DNA of 64,000 nt, from contig OZ024750.1 of NCBI GenBank assembly GCA_964016885.1, positions 22,134,001 through 22,198,000 on the forward strand, given 5' to 3'. Source of the DNA: Eledone cirrhosa. Lineage: Eukaryota. Each line of letters starts with the position of its first letter. Position 1 is the stretch's first letter. The notes beneath the pieces are model-generated. The model was not told the origin of the DNA and did not search any database. It saw nothing but the letters and a program-made list of their open reading frames with translations. Below, piece by piece: positions 1 through 12,117 of this stretch. Position numbers and translations under genes: made by a program.

Positions 1-1581
1 TAACTCTGTATTTAGCAGTGTTATGGGCCTGAAGTTACTTATTTCGTCCCCCTTGTTCTCGTCCTTCCTCACTAGCGTGACTACGCCCTTGGTCACAGTA
101 CAGGGAATTCTCCCGTTCTGTTGCCAGTTGCAGTAGACCGCCTCGAGGAGATCGGGGAACAAGTCCGGCATAGCTAGATATAATTCGTAAGGAAGACCAT
201 CGAGACCCGGGGATTTGCGTTTGCCGCATTGGCTCAGCACGTCCTCTATCTCAGCGGCCGAAATCGGCTCCTCGCAGGACTTCGCCTCCCTGTCCGAGAG
301 GCGCGGCAGGCCGTCGAGGTATGGACCGAAGTCCACGTTCCCAACCGGCTCCCCGCCCCTCCCGAACAGTCGGGCAAAGTGCCTTTGAAAGGCCTCACAC
401 ATCTGCTTAGGCTCAAGAATCGCCCGTCCATCCAGGTCTCGCAAAGACCGGATGGTGGATTTAGTTCCACTGTTGGCCTCTGTCACGCGGGCCCAGCTAA
501 CAGCTTTGGTCCCCTCGTTCCCTAGAGCACGTATTTTACTTCGGACAACGCAGCCTTCGTGCTTCGCGTCGAAAAACTGGCTCAAAGCCGTTCTCGACGC
601 TAGCACTCTGGCCACGTCGCCGCTTCTAATTGCCTCTTCTACTCTATCTATTAGCTCCCTTTCCTTCCTATTCCTATCCGCAGCTAGAACCTTACTAAAT
701 TCTATCGAGACTACTCTAATCTCTCTCTTTAGAGATACCCACCACCTGCTGTTGACGATCGCTCCAGTCAACCGTTCCTTAACTAACGTACTAATCCGAT
801 TCCTGTAGGCTCTACTTGCCGGCAAGGACAAGTTGAGCTTCCAGTAACCGGGGCCCTGTCTATGAGTTCTGTCAAGGTTGACCATGCAGGTCACTAATTT
901 GTGGTCTGAATAGCCAACAATGCGCATTTTTGGACAACTTAAAAAGTCCTTATCCTTAATTCTAACTAAGAACCTATCTAGGTACGACCTAGATGATCCG
1001 CTACGATTTGCCCAAGTCCAGGTTGGCGCAGTCGGAAAATCTAGTCGATATCTATCGGCCAGGTCAAATCGACCGATTAACCCTTTGAGGCTATTACACC
1101 CCTCTCTATCGGGGCAGGCCCCTACGTAGTCCCAGCGTGCATCTAGGATACCATTCCAGTCCCCCACTAATAGCAAGGAGCGGGACGTCCCTAGAAAAGT
1201 TTCCAGACGATGGAAGAAGTCCGGCCGCATTGACCCGAAAGGGCCGTAGGCGGCTACCAACCTAAACGCTCCGCCTTTACCACTGCCAAGGTCCAGAACC
1301 ACTAGTCGACCCTCCGGGTCCAAATGTACCATCTGTGTTGCGAGACCCAGATGTTTTTGCAGCAGAACGACAACTCCACCCCCACCTCCAGGCTGACAGA
1401 GAGATGCGTGCATCTCAAAGTCATCAAAGGTGGGGGCCAGCTGTCGCACGCTGCTGATCCGGGCCTCGCAAATAACCATCACATCTATACGTTGTGACCT
1501 GAGGTCATTTAGAAGCATTGCTTGCTTCCAAGTTGAGCCCAGGCCACGCGCATTTAAACAGCCTACTCTTAGCATAGCCAT
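1..1581 (-). CDS. ORF2p, APE endonuclease + reverse transcriptase (partial, 527 codons; absent from the ORF track because no stop falls in the window)
   Basis: ATG at 1581: MAMLRVGCLNARGL..DVMVICEAR..LLVGDWNGILD..SYLDRFLV..GYSDHKLV..GPGYWKLN (APE motifs), then KSPGLDGLPYE and NFRPITLLNTEL (RT N-terminal motifs); start and end are in the same frame. Confidence 0.92.
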   Translation of the reverse strand, partial: MAMLRVGCLNARGLGSTWKQAMLLNDLRSQRIDVMVICEARISSVRQLAPTFDDFEMHASLCQPGGGGGVVVLLQKHLGLATQMVHLDPEGRLVVLDLGSGKGGAFRLVAAYGPFGSMRPDFFHRLETFLGTSRSLLLVGDWNGILDARWDYVGACPDREGCNSLKGLIGRFDLADRYRLDFPTAPTWTWANRSGSSRSYLDRFLVRIKDKDFLSCPKMRIVGYSDHKLVTCMVNLDRTHRQGPGYWKLNLSLPASRAYRNRISTLVKERLTGAIVNSRWWVSLKREIRVVSIEFSKVLAADRNRKERELIDRVEEAIRSGDVARVLASRTALSQFFDAKHEGCVVRSKIRALGNEGTKAVSWARVTEANSGTKSTIRSLRDLDGRAILEPKQMCEAFQRHFARLFGRGGEPVGNVDFGPYLDGLPRLSDREAKSCEEPISAAEIEDVLSQCGKRKSPGLDGLPYELYLAMPDLFPDLLEAVYCNWQQNGRIPCTVTKGVVTLVRKDENKGDEISNFRPITLLNTEL

Positions 1582-1605
1582 GTTGGTGGTGAAGAGAAAA
1601 GGCAC

Positions 1606-3387
1606 TTACCTCTCTGCGTCCCGGGTATCGGGCTGCACAATTTCCATTAGGGTGGGGGATGGGTTGTTGGGTGGGGTGGTGGTTTGTGGAAGTGTGGGGG
1701 CATCAGTGTGTTGTGTGGTTGGGGAGCTTGGAGTTGTGAGGGTGTTTGGGGAGGGGGTGGGATAGTTTTTTAGGAGGACTCGGTTAATGGGCCCGACGCA
1801 GGGGGGACCCACGTCCTCTTTAAAATTGTTTTTTAAAGTTTTATAGGTGTCCTGTGGGGCCTTAATCATTTTGAGGTGGGGGAAATCCCCTGCCTGGGTG
1901 AAGTTAGGCCCTTGTGTTTTTATTAGATTGTTGTTGTACACAATGTTTAACAGTTTTTTGTTTCTTGTATTTATGTATGTGTATGCATGTTTTTGTTTTT
2001 GTGTGGTGTTTTTTGTTTGCTGTTGTGAGCTCTTTTGTGTTGGTGTCAGTGTTATGTTTTGGGGAGGGGTTTTTTTCATTTGTGTGTCTGAGGTGTGTTT
2101 TCTTTTTTTTCTTTTGATTGTGTGGAAGTGCTCCTCCTCGTCTGACGACGAACTAGGGTCATCTTCCGCGTTGGAGGGGAGGGGTATATTTTCGGGTTGT
2201 GTTTGCGGTACGGGTGTTTTGGAAATTGTTTTTGTTTTTTGAGTGGAGGGGATGGGTTGGACATTGTTTTGTTTTGGTTTGAGCTGTGGTGGTTGTTTTT
2301 GTAGTGGTTGTTGTGGTGATTGTGTTGGTTGTGCAGTTGTTGGTGGTGTAGGCAGGATTGGGGTTTTCTTATTAAGTTGGGGACAGACAGCCCTCAGGTG
2401 ACCTCTGGTTCCGCAGAGGTAACACGAGGGCCGTCTACCCTCAACGGTAATGTTGATGAAGGTTAGATCATCCAGTATGACGCGTTCAGGGATCTGGGCG
2501 ATCCTTTCGGGCCTCATTTGAACTACAAGTTCGAGGCTCGTTCCACTGAACGCGTCACCCGATGCCTTTCCCATGGACACCAGCATGTCATCCTCCAGGT
2601 CCAGAAAACCTGTCAAAACCCACCATATGTCCATAATCGGCAGGATGGTGTGGATTTTTATTTTTTGTGTTCTTCTACCCATGTACGTAGGGTAGAAGGT
2701 GTATGCGGTGGATGTGATTGGTTTGATGGACAGTTTCACTGCTGTGTCCCTGTCCTTCATGAGAATGGATAGACTCCCGTAGAGTCTATCCTTCTGAATG
2801 AAGGTGATGTCCTTCATGACGTCTTTTAAAACCAGCTCTATCTCGCTCTGTGATGGTTGAGCTGGTTTTTTACTTTTGTTCGAGATTGTCCTAAACATGA
2901 CCGTGTTTAGGAGTCTCTGGCTTTTTAGTTCCGGGGGGGAATGGATTGTGAATGAACCATTTTCCCCGTACACTATATATTTTTTCGCATCCGCCAGTAG
3001 CTCCTTCGCTTTTGTTATATCTACTGGCAGATAGTCGAGGGTTTTCCTTGTCGTCTCGGCGAAGGAGAAATTTTGTTTGTTTGTGTTGTTGTTGTCGTTG
3101 GTGGTGTTGTTGTTATCATTGTTGTTGTTGTCACCGTTATTGGTCTTGTTGTTGTTATTGTTATTGTTATTGGTGTTGTTTTCTACCGTCGCATTGTTGT
3201 TGTTGTTGCTGTTGGTTCTTTGGGTTGTTGCCATGGTAACGTCAAGTTGTCGGTTAACAGGTGGAGAGAATTCTTCCTCTGGCTGACCTATCTTCTTGAC
3301 CTCTGCTACTGTGACAGTGGCAGGGGGAAGCTGTAAGTTCATCTTCCCCTTTCCTCCTTCGAATTTTGGTGAAGAAGCTTCGGCCAT
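1606..3387 (-). CDS. ORF1p, gag-like nucleic-acid-binding protein (593 aa)
   Basis: Long ORF with zinc knuckle CYLCGTRGHLRAVC after ITVEGRRPS, N-rich and P/T/Q-rich low-complexity segments and basic KRKKRK; lies just upstream of ORF2. Confidence 0.9.
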   Translation of the reverse strand: MAEASSPKFEGGKGKMNLQLPPATVTVAEVKKIGQPEEEFSPPVNRQLDVTMATTQRTNSNNNNNATVENNTNNNNNNNNKTNNGDNNNNDNNNTTNDNNNTNKQNFSFAETTRKTLDYLPVDITKAKELLADAKKYIVYGENGSFTIHSPPELKSQRLLNTVMFRTISNKSKKPAQPSQSEIELVLKDVMKDITFIQKDRLYGSLSILMKDRDTAVKLSIKPITSTAYTFYPTYMGRRTQKIKIHTILPIMDIWWVLTGFLDLEDDMLVSMGKASGDAFSGTSLELVVQMRPERIAQIPERVILDDLTFINITVEGRRPSCYLCGTRGHLRAVCPQLNKKTPILPTPPTTAQPTQSPQQPLQKQPPQLKPKQNNVQPIPSTQKTKTISKTPVPQTQPENIPLPSNAEDDPSSSSDEEEHFHTIKRKKRKHTSDTQMKKTPPQNITLTPTQKSSQQQTKNTTQKQKHAYTYINTRNKKLLNIVYNNNLIKTQGPNFTQAGDFPHLKMIKAPQDTYKTLKNNFKEDVGPPCVGPINRVLLKNYPTPSPNTLTTPSSPTTQHTDAPTLPQTTTPPNNPSPTLMEIVQPDTRDAER

Positions 3388-3600
3388 TTAAAAAAATATT
3401 GACTTTTCAACAAGAAAAAACTTTTTTTTTAACTATTTCGCCTAAAGGCGTAGAATATTTTGAGAGACTGACCAGATCAAAGTTTGACCTGGCAGTCCCT
3501 CTACAAAATGGTACAAAATTTAAAGTTATCAGACAAGAATTTCTATAGAAATTTAAACAGAACTTACTCAGCAAGTTATACGCGTGTGTCCATCCCAGAT

Positions 3601-3644
<44 letters not shown>
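3601..3644. repeat. (GATA)11 microsatellite between two Tx1-type elements
   Basis: Direct read. Confidence 0.97.
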
Positions 3645-4896
3645 TGTTTCTTTTATTTGCCACTAGGGCATCAAAAGTGGGACAAGTACAAAGGGGGGAG
3701 TTTACACAAAAAGGCGTCCTCAATAAGGAGGAGGCAATAACAAAATATAAAAATAAAATGAGATATAACAAAAAATAAAATTTTTAACAAAATCCTCAAT
3801 AGAGAGGAGGCGCCTTGGGGGGTCGCACACACCCCCGAAAAAAGTGTGCAACCCTTCTCCTCAGGAGCACAGAGAAGGGGTGCTCCCTTGGTCTTTCATC
3901 TTCCTCACCTATAGTCTGATGTAGAGTGAAGGCCCATTCACACGGGCCATTCTCGCCACTTTCACCCATCTTTCATAGAAACGGCTGGGGTGCAGCACCT
4001 CTCTCTCCATCCTGATCCTTCTTCCGAAATGATATCGGAAGAAACGGACCAGTTGTTGGCCAGAGAGAAAGGTGCCCGACCTCAGTCCTTTCAGACGCGT
4101 CCACCATACAACCTCTTTCGCCATAGCTATTACGCACAGAAACACCGCCTCTGCTTCATCTTTGAAGGGGGGAGGCGGCTTGATCATTACAATAGACTCG
4201 GTGGTCAACCGGATCGGTTCCACCCTTGACAGCAGTTGTTCGACATAGCCCCACAGATCGGCTACGCCCGAGCAGTGTACCAATGCGTGTGCAACGGTTT
4301 CCTCGTCGCACACGCATCTAGGACAGATCTTTTTGGCGGGGTCCCTACCCGGGCGCCCGTGTCTGTAGAGCCTTTCTCGAACGGGTAAAGCCCCTCGGTA
4401 GCACTGCCAGGCCAGGGACTTCTGGAAGTTGTCCATAGGTCCCGGGCTGAATGTCCTACCGAACAGGCTGGCCAGTTCGTCCTCCTCCATGTCTAGGGCT
4501 TCTCCGAGGGCGTCGTCGCACCTGCTGCGCACCAGCCCTCTATAGAATGTTGCGGTGGAGTCTCCACTGATAACCGGATCCGCCTGCCAGAGGGCGGTGA
4601 GCGCCTGGGCACACTCAGTGTGCCAGGCGCCCAGTTTTCTCGGTCTTTGCTTGACCCAGGATTGCAGCTCGGTGAGTGAGACGAGTCTGGGAAAGGTTCG
4701 TCTCACAAACGAGGCCCACACCGGTTGTCCGGTGAGGAATACGTAGAGGTGCCGTAGCCTTAATGCGTGTTTACGCATCATTAGCCACGGCATCCCCAGC
4801 CCTCCTTTCGAAGGGTGTTGACAGCAGATGGATCTCCTCACCATAGGAGCCCGCCTCTTCCAAAGGAATTGGAAGAGCGCGCGCTCCATCTTGGTG

Positions 4897-4897
<1 letters not shown>
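3645..4897 (-). mobile_element. 5'-truncated Tx1-type element (ORF2 C-terminus with zf-RVT-like Cys/His motif + 3'UTR)
   Basis: ORF 3909-4889: FLWK..GGLG..CPRCVCDEETVAHALVHC; AATAAA near the 3' end; (GATA)n on both sides. Confidence 0.9.

Positions 4898-4961
<64 letters not shown>
4898..4961. repeat. (GATA)16 microsatellite
   Basis: Direct read. Confidence 0.97.
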
Positions 4962-4963
<2 letters not shown>

Positions 4964-5408
4964 TTCATTATGGTTTGTGACCTAATTTTCATAAGACATT
5001 ATTGTGTCAGCAAAACATGGTATCATGTAGATGGTATGCCGTGAGTGATAGACGCAATGAAACTTTTAGGTTGCTTTCAACCATGCTAAAAACAAATATT
5101 TTGGTTGATGTTAAACCAACAGCTCTATACTGCAGCAACCCTCTGGGAGTTACGACAAATATTTTGCCTTCATGTTTGGTACAGGGAAAAGCGACAGATA
5201 AATACATTGGTATTGTCTGTTGTTGTTATTGTTATTATTGTTGTTAGCGGTTGTGATGATGGTGATGAAGGTGGTGTTTATGGTAGTGATGATGGCGGTG
5301 GGTTTTTTTTTTTTCATACCACTCCCCCTTCCCCGTTTACTAAGACACACCTACAATGTTTATTAATGCTTACAGACCCACAGGAAAAGGAGGAGGGGGA
5401 GGCGGAAA

Positions 5409-5516
5409 AGAAGAAGAAGAAGAAGAAGAAGAAGAAGAAGAAGAAGAAGAAGAAGAAGAAGAAGAAGAAGAAGAAGAAGAAGAAGAAGAAGAAGAAGAAG
5501 AAGAAGAAGAAGAAGA
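5409..5516. repeat. (GAA)n microsatellite
   Basis: Direct read; source of the poly-K and poly-L ORFs. Confidence 0.97.
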
Positions 5517-5800
5517 CAAATGAGATACAAATGAGTAAACTCGGTGCCTGTCCCTCCCAGCACTTCCTCTCTAGATCGAACTTACCATCACTGACGATGA
5601 TACGGCAAGAACCAGGTGAAAGTAATCCAGCTGTTCTTCAGTTCTTTATACAGAGACATTGGTTTAAGCACAAGATTATTACTTATACAACGAGGTTAAA
5701 TATACGTGTATTTAACATACGCATGTAAGCATACTTACAATATATTTACATGCATAGATACATACATTCACACACTCGCGCACATAGATGTGTAAGTTTA

Positions 5801-5952
5801 TCCCGGGTTCAATCGGGGGTAACCACAGTAAATAAGTAAGGTACTCAATACATAGAAGAGTATAAATATCTAATATAGAAATGATTCTACAGGACTAGAA
5901 CTGTTTCATTCGGGAGAAATCATCAGGTTTCCTGATGATTTCTCCCGAATGA

Positions 5953-5953
<1 letters not shown>
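5801..5953 (-). mobile_element. Penelope-like pLTR remnant, family A, with terminal fold-back and hammerhead core
   Basis: Minus strand CTGATGA-TTTCTCCCGAAT-GAAA-CAG..CTG-TA; hairpin centred at 5928-5930; (TA)n flank; homologous to 20181, 27229, 33196, 36804, 46950. Confidence 0.75.
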
Positions 5954-6013
<60 letters not shown>

Positions 6014-6083
6014 GGCGACATCATTCTTACAAGATGATGAACGATAAAATCCTTATGAGAACAGCGAAAACAGTGATATATAC

Positions 6084-6163
<80 letters not shown>

Positions 6164-6333
6164 GAGAGGTATAGAGATTGTTTTAACAAGAAGCTAACGG
6201 CATTCTATAACATATATGCGACTATAACGTCAAGATGGGAAAAGTAGTTAACGAAAGATTTAGGAAAAATAACTCAAACTCATCTCATATATATATATGT
6301 GTGCGTGTGTGTGTGTGTGTGTGTATATGTATG

Positions 6334-6419
<86 letters not shown>

Positions 6420-7045
6420 AGGGGGAGACAGACAGACAGACAGACAGACAGATTTGTGTAAGAAATATGACAAGGCTTCTGCTTTCTATGTTCTTAGGTG
6501 CGTCTAGATGCCAATTGTAGGAAGAAAAATGTTATGTCATTCTTCGCAGACAAATTAAGTAGATAGGGATGTAGGAAGACTTAGCAAGACATACGAAGAC
6601 ATAGGAAGATGTAGGAAGATGTAGGAAGATGTAAGAAGATGTTTATCTCAACTACTACACCATTCTCTCTCTTTTTTTCGTCTGTTTTATGTCGTTGTCA
6701 TTTTATAATTGATTTCAGCTGCCACAATACCAGATATAATATTTTGTCTGTATTATACCCCTAAATAATGCTAGGTTGACCCAATGAGCTACATTTACAA
6801 CACACACATATACACATACATACAATAACTACCTCGTATTATTTAAGTAAGATTTGACAGCCGTATGTAGTATGTAGATATGATAAAATGATATTATGAG
6901 CCCATTGAATAACTAGAAATATGCAGATTACAGGGAGAAGAAAACAGATGAATAGGCAACTATGTATTTTACATGTAAACTCACACACTCACTCACATAC
7001 ATACACAGACACATATATACATATATATATATACACATACATATA

Positions 7046-7134
<89 letters not shown>

Positions 7135-7142
7135 CATATATA

Positions 7143-7227
<85 letters not shown>

Positions 7228-7229
<2 letters not shown>

Positions 7230-7414
7230 ATTGTTTCTACGTTAGGCACAAGGCCAGCAATTACTCAGTGTATTACTGGTACTTTATTTTATCGACCCCG
7301 TAAGGATGAAAGGCAAAGTTAACCTCGGCGGGATTTGAACTCAGAATGGCAAGGGCCGTAACTCTATGCGTCAAAGCATGGCGTCCGACCCTCTACCAAT
7401 ACTGCCAATCCACC
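7228..7414 (-). mobile_element. tRNA-derived SINE, family S1 (~185 bp)
   Basis: A-box-like TGGCAGTATTGGT, B-box GAGTTCAAATCC, central GCCTTTCATCCTTACGGGGTCGATAAAATAAAGTACCAG (Deu/Nin-like domain), AAACAATTA end; many copies in the window. Confidence 0.85.
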
Positions 7415-7503
7415 AGGAAAGGAGACAAGACCCAGACAGCTGAGCTCCGGATCTAGCTGTCGAAACGGCCGGAGCTCAGCCGTCGGGGTCCTGACTTTTT
7501 TCC
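7415..7503. mobile_element. Penelope-like pLTR remnant, family B (short inverted repeat)
   Basis: GAAACGGCCGGAGCTCAGCCGTCGGGGTC plus a degenerate inverted copy; (TA)n flank; homologous to 15447, 19563, 28064, 29905. Confidence 0.65.
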
Positions 7504-7549
7504 TATATATATATATATGTGTGTGTATATATATATGTGTGTATACACA

Positions 7550-7599
<50 letters not shown>

Positions 7600-7620
7600 T
7601 ATATACATATATATATATAC

Positions 7621-7651
<31 letters not shown>

Positions 7652-7663
7652 TATATATATATA

Positions 7664-7751
<88 letters not shown>

Positions 7752-8167
7752 CATATATATATATATTGCAAGAGAGATAGAAACATAAAAAAAGTACTAA
7801 AAGAGAAACGAAGGCTACCATACAAGTACAGACAGTACAGTCTAGTAAGCTAGACTATATAATTGGTATTAGATTGTACACGGGGTTTGTATTCTATTAA
7901 TCCCATATCAAATCTCCTGTTTTCTATTACATTAACTATAAAAGTATCACGCCATCTTAGCTTTATCTCCTTCAACCAAGGACTCCACCCTGTAACCATA
8001 TCATTTGTCAACAAAATGAAGTCTATTTTTTTTTGTTTTACAACTTCAGTCGTTTACGGAAAGCACTTCTCCATTCAAACCATACTCTCCTTGTTCCATT
8101 TGCAATCATACTCAATATGTGTTTGTGCGTATGTAAGCTTGTGTGTGTGCGTGCGTGTGTGCCTGTG

Positions 8168-8200
<33 letters not shown>

Positions 8201-8419
8201 CTGTGTGTGTGTGTGTAAGTATGACACTTATTCAAGGTGCCAGGCAGTGGGAATGAACTCGAATCAATGTAGTTACGAAGCCAACTTCTTAACCACACAG
8301 CTATGCCTGCGTTTCTTAACCACACAGCCATGCCTGCGTCAATATACGTATGTGTATGTCTGCACACTGCGCATGTGTGAATGAATGTGAGTGTATGTGT
8401 GTAGACGTATGTGTGCTGA

Positions 8420-8565
8420 AGGAGAAATTCTTTTCGCAATCAAGTGATCCCGAGTTCAATTCCAGTAAATTGACATCTTTGGAAAAGTGTCGTTTAGTAT
8501 AGTCTCAGGTCGGCCCACAGCCTTGTGAGTAAAACTGGGTAGACAGAAACTGTGTGGAAGCCCAT
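8420..8565 (+). mobile_element. tRNA-derived SINE, family S3 (degenerate)
   Basis: GAGTTCAATTCC B-box and ..CCTTGTGAGT..GGTAGACAGAAACTG..GAAGCCC end; similar copies at about 14250-14390(-), 31086-31250(+), 41870-42005(-), 55960-56080(+). Confidence 0.6.
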
Positions 8566-9020
8566 CAGATGGATTGTACCTGGATTGTTCTACGCTTTAA
8601 CGAATCTACCAATTCGATCACCAACCAGTTCCCAATTGAACATGATTGCTGATGATGAAGATTTGGGAGCTTGAATTGTGTGTCCGGATGTTTCTGTGTG
8701 TGTAGGCAGGTCTCTCTAGAAATAGGGTTGGGGACGCTGAGGGTATTACGAGGCTGTGGGGGTGGGCAAAAATGTTTGTAAACCTCTGCTCTAAGCTTTT
8801 CTGTCAATCGATCGTTCTTTTAGTTGAAATAATGCTTTCAACGCTTTAAAATCGCGTGACACAAGAAATTATGTCAATGTTATGTGCTTTGCAAAGCATC
8901 TGATGGCTGGAATATATAGAGAGAAAAGAAAACATGAATATGAAATGTTAAGCTTATATAGTAGTTGTGAAATAAAGTGACATTGCTTAAACTGAGAAAC
9001 TTAATCAGTTATTTATATAA

Positions 9021-9899
9021 CCCTTTTAATACCAAACTGCCTCAAACCACCATTGGTTCTATGACACAAAACTGTTTATTTTAAAGTGTTTATATTTATC
9101 TAAAATATTTGTCAAAAACTTTATTAGCACTTTTGGTACCAAACTGCTCGAAACTGCTCTTTGTTTTTCGATACAAAACTGTTTATTTTAAATTGTTTAT
9201 ATTTATCTAAAAGCCCGCCATCATAATTTTATGAAAGAACCTTTGTTAAGTTATGCTCCAAAAACCATCATGATAATGAAACGTTATTTAGATTACTGAA
9301 TTCCTCTATATTCTTCATTTGCTTTTTTTTTTTTGCATTTTTTTTTTGAAATTATTGGAAAATTGAATGTTGTAGTGAAAGCATTCCTCTAAAGACTTCC
9401 ATTATAATTTTATGTAAAAACCTTTGTTAAGTTTCAAACACCAGCTATAATAATAACAAAATTAATTATATTACTAAATTTCTTTTAAAGATTTTTTAAA
9501 AGTGTTTATATTTATCGAAGACCCTTACATAATCATTTTGTATCTAAACATTTGTTAAGCGATCTTCCAAACATATATTTCATTAGGAAAACGTTGCGAT
9601 GGATTGGCAGTATCGGTAGAGCGTCAGACACCATGCTTTGCAGCATACAGTTATGGCCCTTTATGTTCTGAGTTCAAATCCCGCCAAGGTTGGCTTTGCT
9701 TTTCATCCTTACGGCGTCGATAAAAAAAAAAGCACCAGTAATGCACTGAGATCGATTTAATCCCCACCCCCTTCAAATTGCTGGCCTTGTGCCTAAAGTA
9801 GAAACAATTATATTATCAAATCACTCCAAATGCTTGAGTATTTTCAAAGGGGTTTTTAAATATATAGTGTCTGTCACTACAAATATGATAATAAAAGGG
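9021..9899. mobile_element. piggyBac-like MITE with internal duplications, interrupted by an S1 SINE (9601-9810)
   Basis: ATAA-CCCTTTT ... AAAAGGG-TTAA termini; internal similarity to 56165-56581. Confidence 0.55.
9601..9810 (+). mobile_element. SINE S1
   Basis: Matches the family consensus (GGATTGGCAGTATCGGTAGAG..GAGTTCAAATCC..GTAGAAACAATTA). Confidence 0.85.
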
Positions 9900-10288
9900 T
9901 TAAAGTATTTATTCTCTGTACGGCTGTAATTTCTTTCTGCCAGTATACGATGACAGACACATAAAAACGATGATGGGGAACAATAACAGCTATGTTTCCA
10001 GTGACGAACGATAGCAGTGAATTCTTGCCATGTTTTTACGATATTTTTCACTTGATTACAACCGGAGTGAAAATAATCAAATTAGACCAGAGCCTCGTTT
10101 TGGGATCAGATATCTCACACAGCCATTGTCAGTTGTTATTGCTCTAAATCTCTTTCTTTCTCTCCCCTTTCTCTTTTACTCAACAACACACAAGAGACTA
10201 AAATCGAAATCTGCCAACTTGACAGATTCTCTGTAATTACATTCATGCCACAGAGATTTATGGTAATATTTCTCTAAAGTTAAGCTGA

Positions 10289-10402
<114 letters not shown>

Positions 10403-10542
10403 GCACGTGGGAATTAGTATATGGTGACGATCGAAAATTTAAAAAATAGAAAAAAAAATTAGGCCATATGAACCCCACAAGGGAAAAAAATAGACATTCC
10501 TATGTGTGCTAATGCCCATTTCTTATATATATATATATGTGT

Positions 10543-10595
<53 letters not shown>

Positions 10596-10616
10596 TGTGT
10601 GCGTGTGTGTGTGTGT

Positions 10617-10735
10617 AAAAGATAAACAGAAATAACAACACAATCGGTACAGTATATGGAGAGAATATATTAACGCTCGAAATAGCAGGAAGAGGGTCTT
10701 AACGTTTTGGACGCCAGTCCTTCATCAGAAGAAAG
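10617..10735 (-). mobile_element. Penelope-like pLTR remnant, family G, with minimal hammerhead (10697-10732)
   Basis: Minus: TCTT-CTGATGA-A-GGAC TGGC GTCC-AAAA-CG-TT-AAGA; the second copy at 52604-52712 keeps GTCC-GAAACGTT-AAGA. Confidence 0.65.
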
Positions 10736-11364
10736 AATGAGAAATAAGAAATATTGAAGGGACGGGCGGGGTGGAATTAGAAAAAATGTTTTTAAATATA
10801 GTTAATAAATCAAACACAGGAAGCAAAATTACGCAGTTATATTAGGTTCGCGCTTATATATATATAATAGGTAACATATCAACCAACCAGACGTCTTTTC
10901 TTTCATAAGGGTTATCTTGGAGCAGAACTTGAGCTCTGTATGTCATAATGGGAACTTCGAGTCCGGCTATATCCATAGTCTACAAGAAGCAAGAGTGGGG
11001 AGAAAAACATTATTAAACATACCAGCAACATTATCCAGTAAACCTCACTCTTGCACAATCTATGGACTTGCTTGCATATCCTATGCAAGTCTAAAATGTC
11101 AATTTCGATATAAACATCCAATCTAAATGAACTGAATAGGTTGTTCGGATCATCATACGTCGAAATCGACGGGAGAGACCATCATATACATACATACGTA
11201 CGTACATACATACATACATGGTGGTGGCTGCCAACTCGTTTTCGAGTACGGCCACTACTTTATATCCATGTAGGAGAACCCCTACCGATGCGCTGAACGA
11301 GTGTGACTGTTTAGTCCAGCCAGCGACTTGAAAACTCTGGTATAAACACTACACTTGTGACAAT

Positions 11365-11398
<34 letters not shown>

Positions 11399-12117
11399 CA
11401 TACATACATACATACATACATACATACATACATACATACATACATAATTCACATACATACACACATACATACATACATATGAACCATATATTTGAGAGTA
11501 TATGTATGTATGTCACCAAAAGGTTAGGAAACACTTCGTCCTAGAGAAAAACGGATTTAATTTTCGAAATCTGCGTCCCAAGGAGAAGGTTTGGGGTACA
11601 TGGAGTTTCTTAATTCCGAAAAGAATAAAATAAAAAACTCCAAAAAGAAAATAGTTATACTATCAACCCCTGTTACTGTGACCATTTAGGTAGTCTGGTA
11701 TTTATTGATCGCCTCGTCCATTCCTTCAATGTAACCTTACTATTTCGTCCATCCATGCCGACAGTAAGGGGCGTTGTTTTCGCTATGAGGCAGAGAGTTG
11801 TCCTCACAGAAGTCACACGATGCTTACGTGAAGATGTTCGCGCAAAATACACAAACCTTTCATACCACTTCAGCATACAGCTCCACTGAGTAAATTTCTA
11901 TAGTAATCACATTGGAGACGATTGACAATTCGCGAGGACGAACCATGAGGAATAAGTAACGGGAGATGAGGCTCGGATGTGAAATCGTCTGACATGGAAT
12001 ATAAAAAAAATTGAAGGAAAGGCACTCTATACTGAAAATTCCCTGGCAACGACAGGTTACTCTTCTAGTACGTATATATATATAATTCAATTGGACAAAC
12101 GAAATTTAAGTACGTAA

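Larger units (their letters stand above)
1..3600 (-). mobile_element. Tx1/L1-clade non-LTR retrotransposon, 5' part (5'UTR, ORF1, start of ORF2); continues beyond window start
   Basis: Two successive minus-strand ORFs with gag-like CCHC knuckle, APE endonuclease and RT motifs; the 5' end abuts (GATA)n at 3601. Confidence 0.93.

Noticed and set aside
229-3336. Plus-strand ORFs overlapping the Tx1 element
   Set aside because: Antisense shadows of ORF1/ORF2 with no independent motifs
5105-5728. 207-aa poly-Lys ORF; also poly-T/A/L/V ORFs at 18775-19410 and 23115-23754
   Set aside because: Produced by trinucleotide repeats
11640-12090. Possible transposase or exon remnant (ORFs 11673-11876, 11860-12090)
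   Set aside because: No recognisable motif or consistent splice sites
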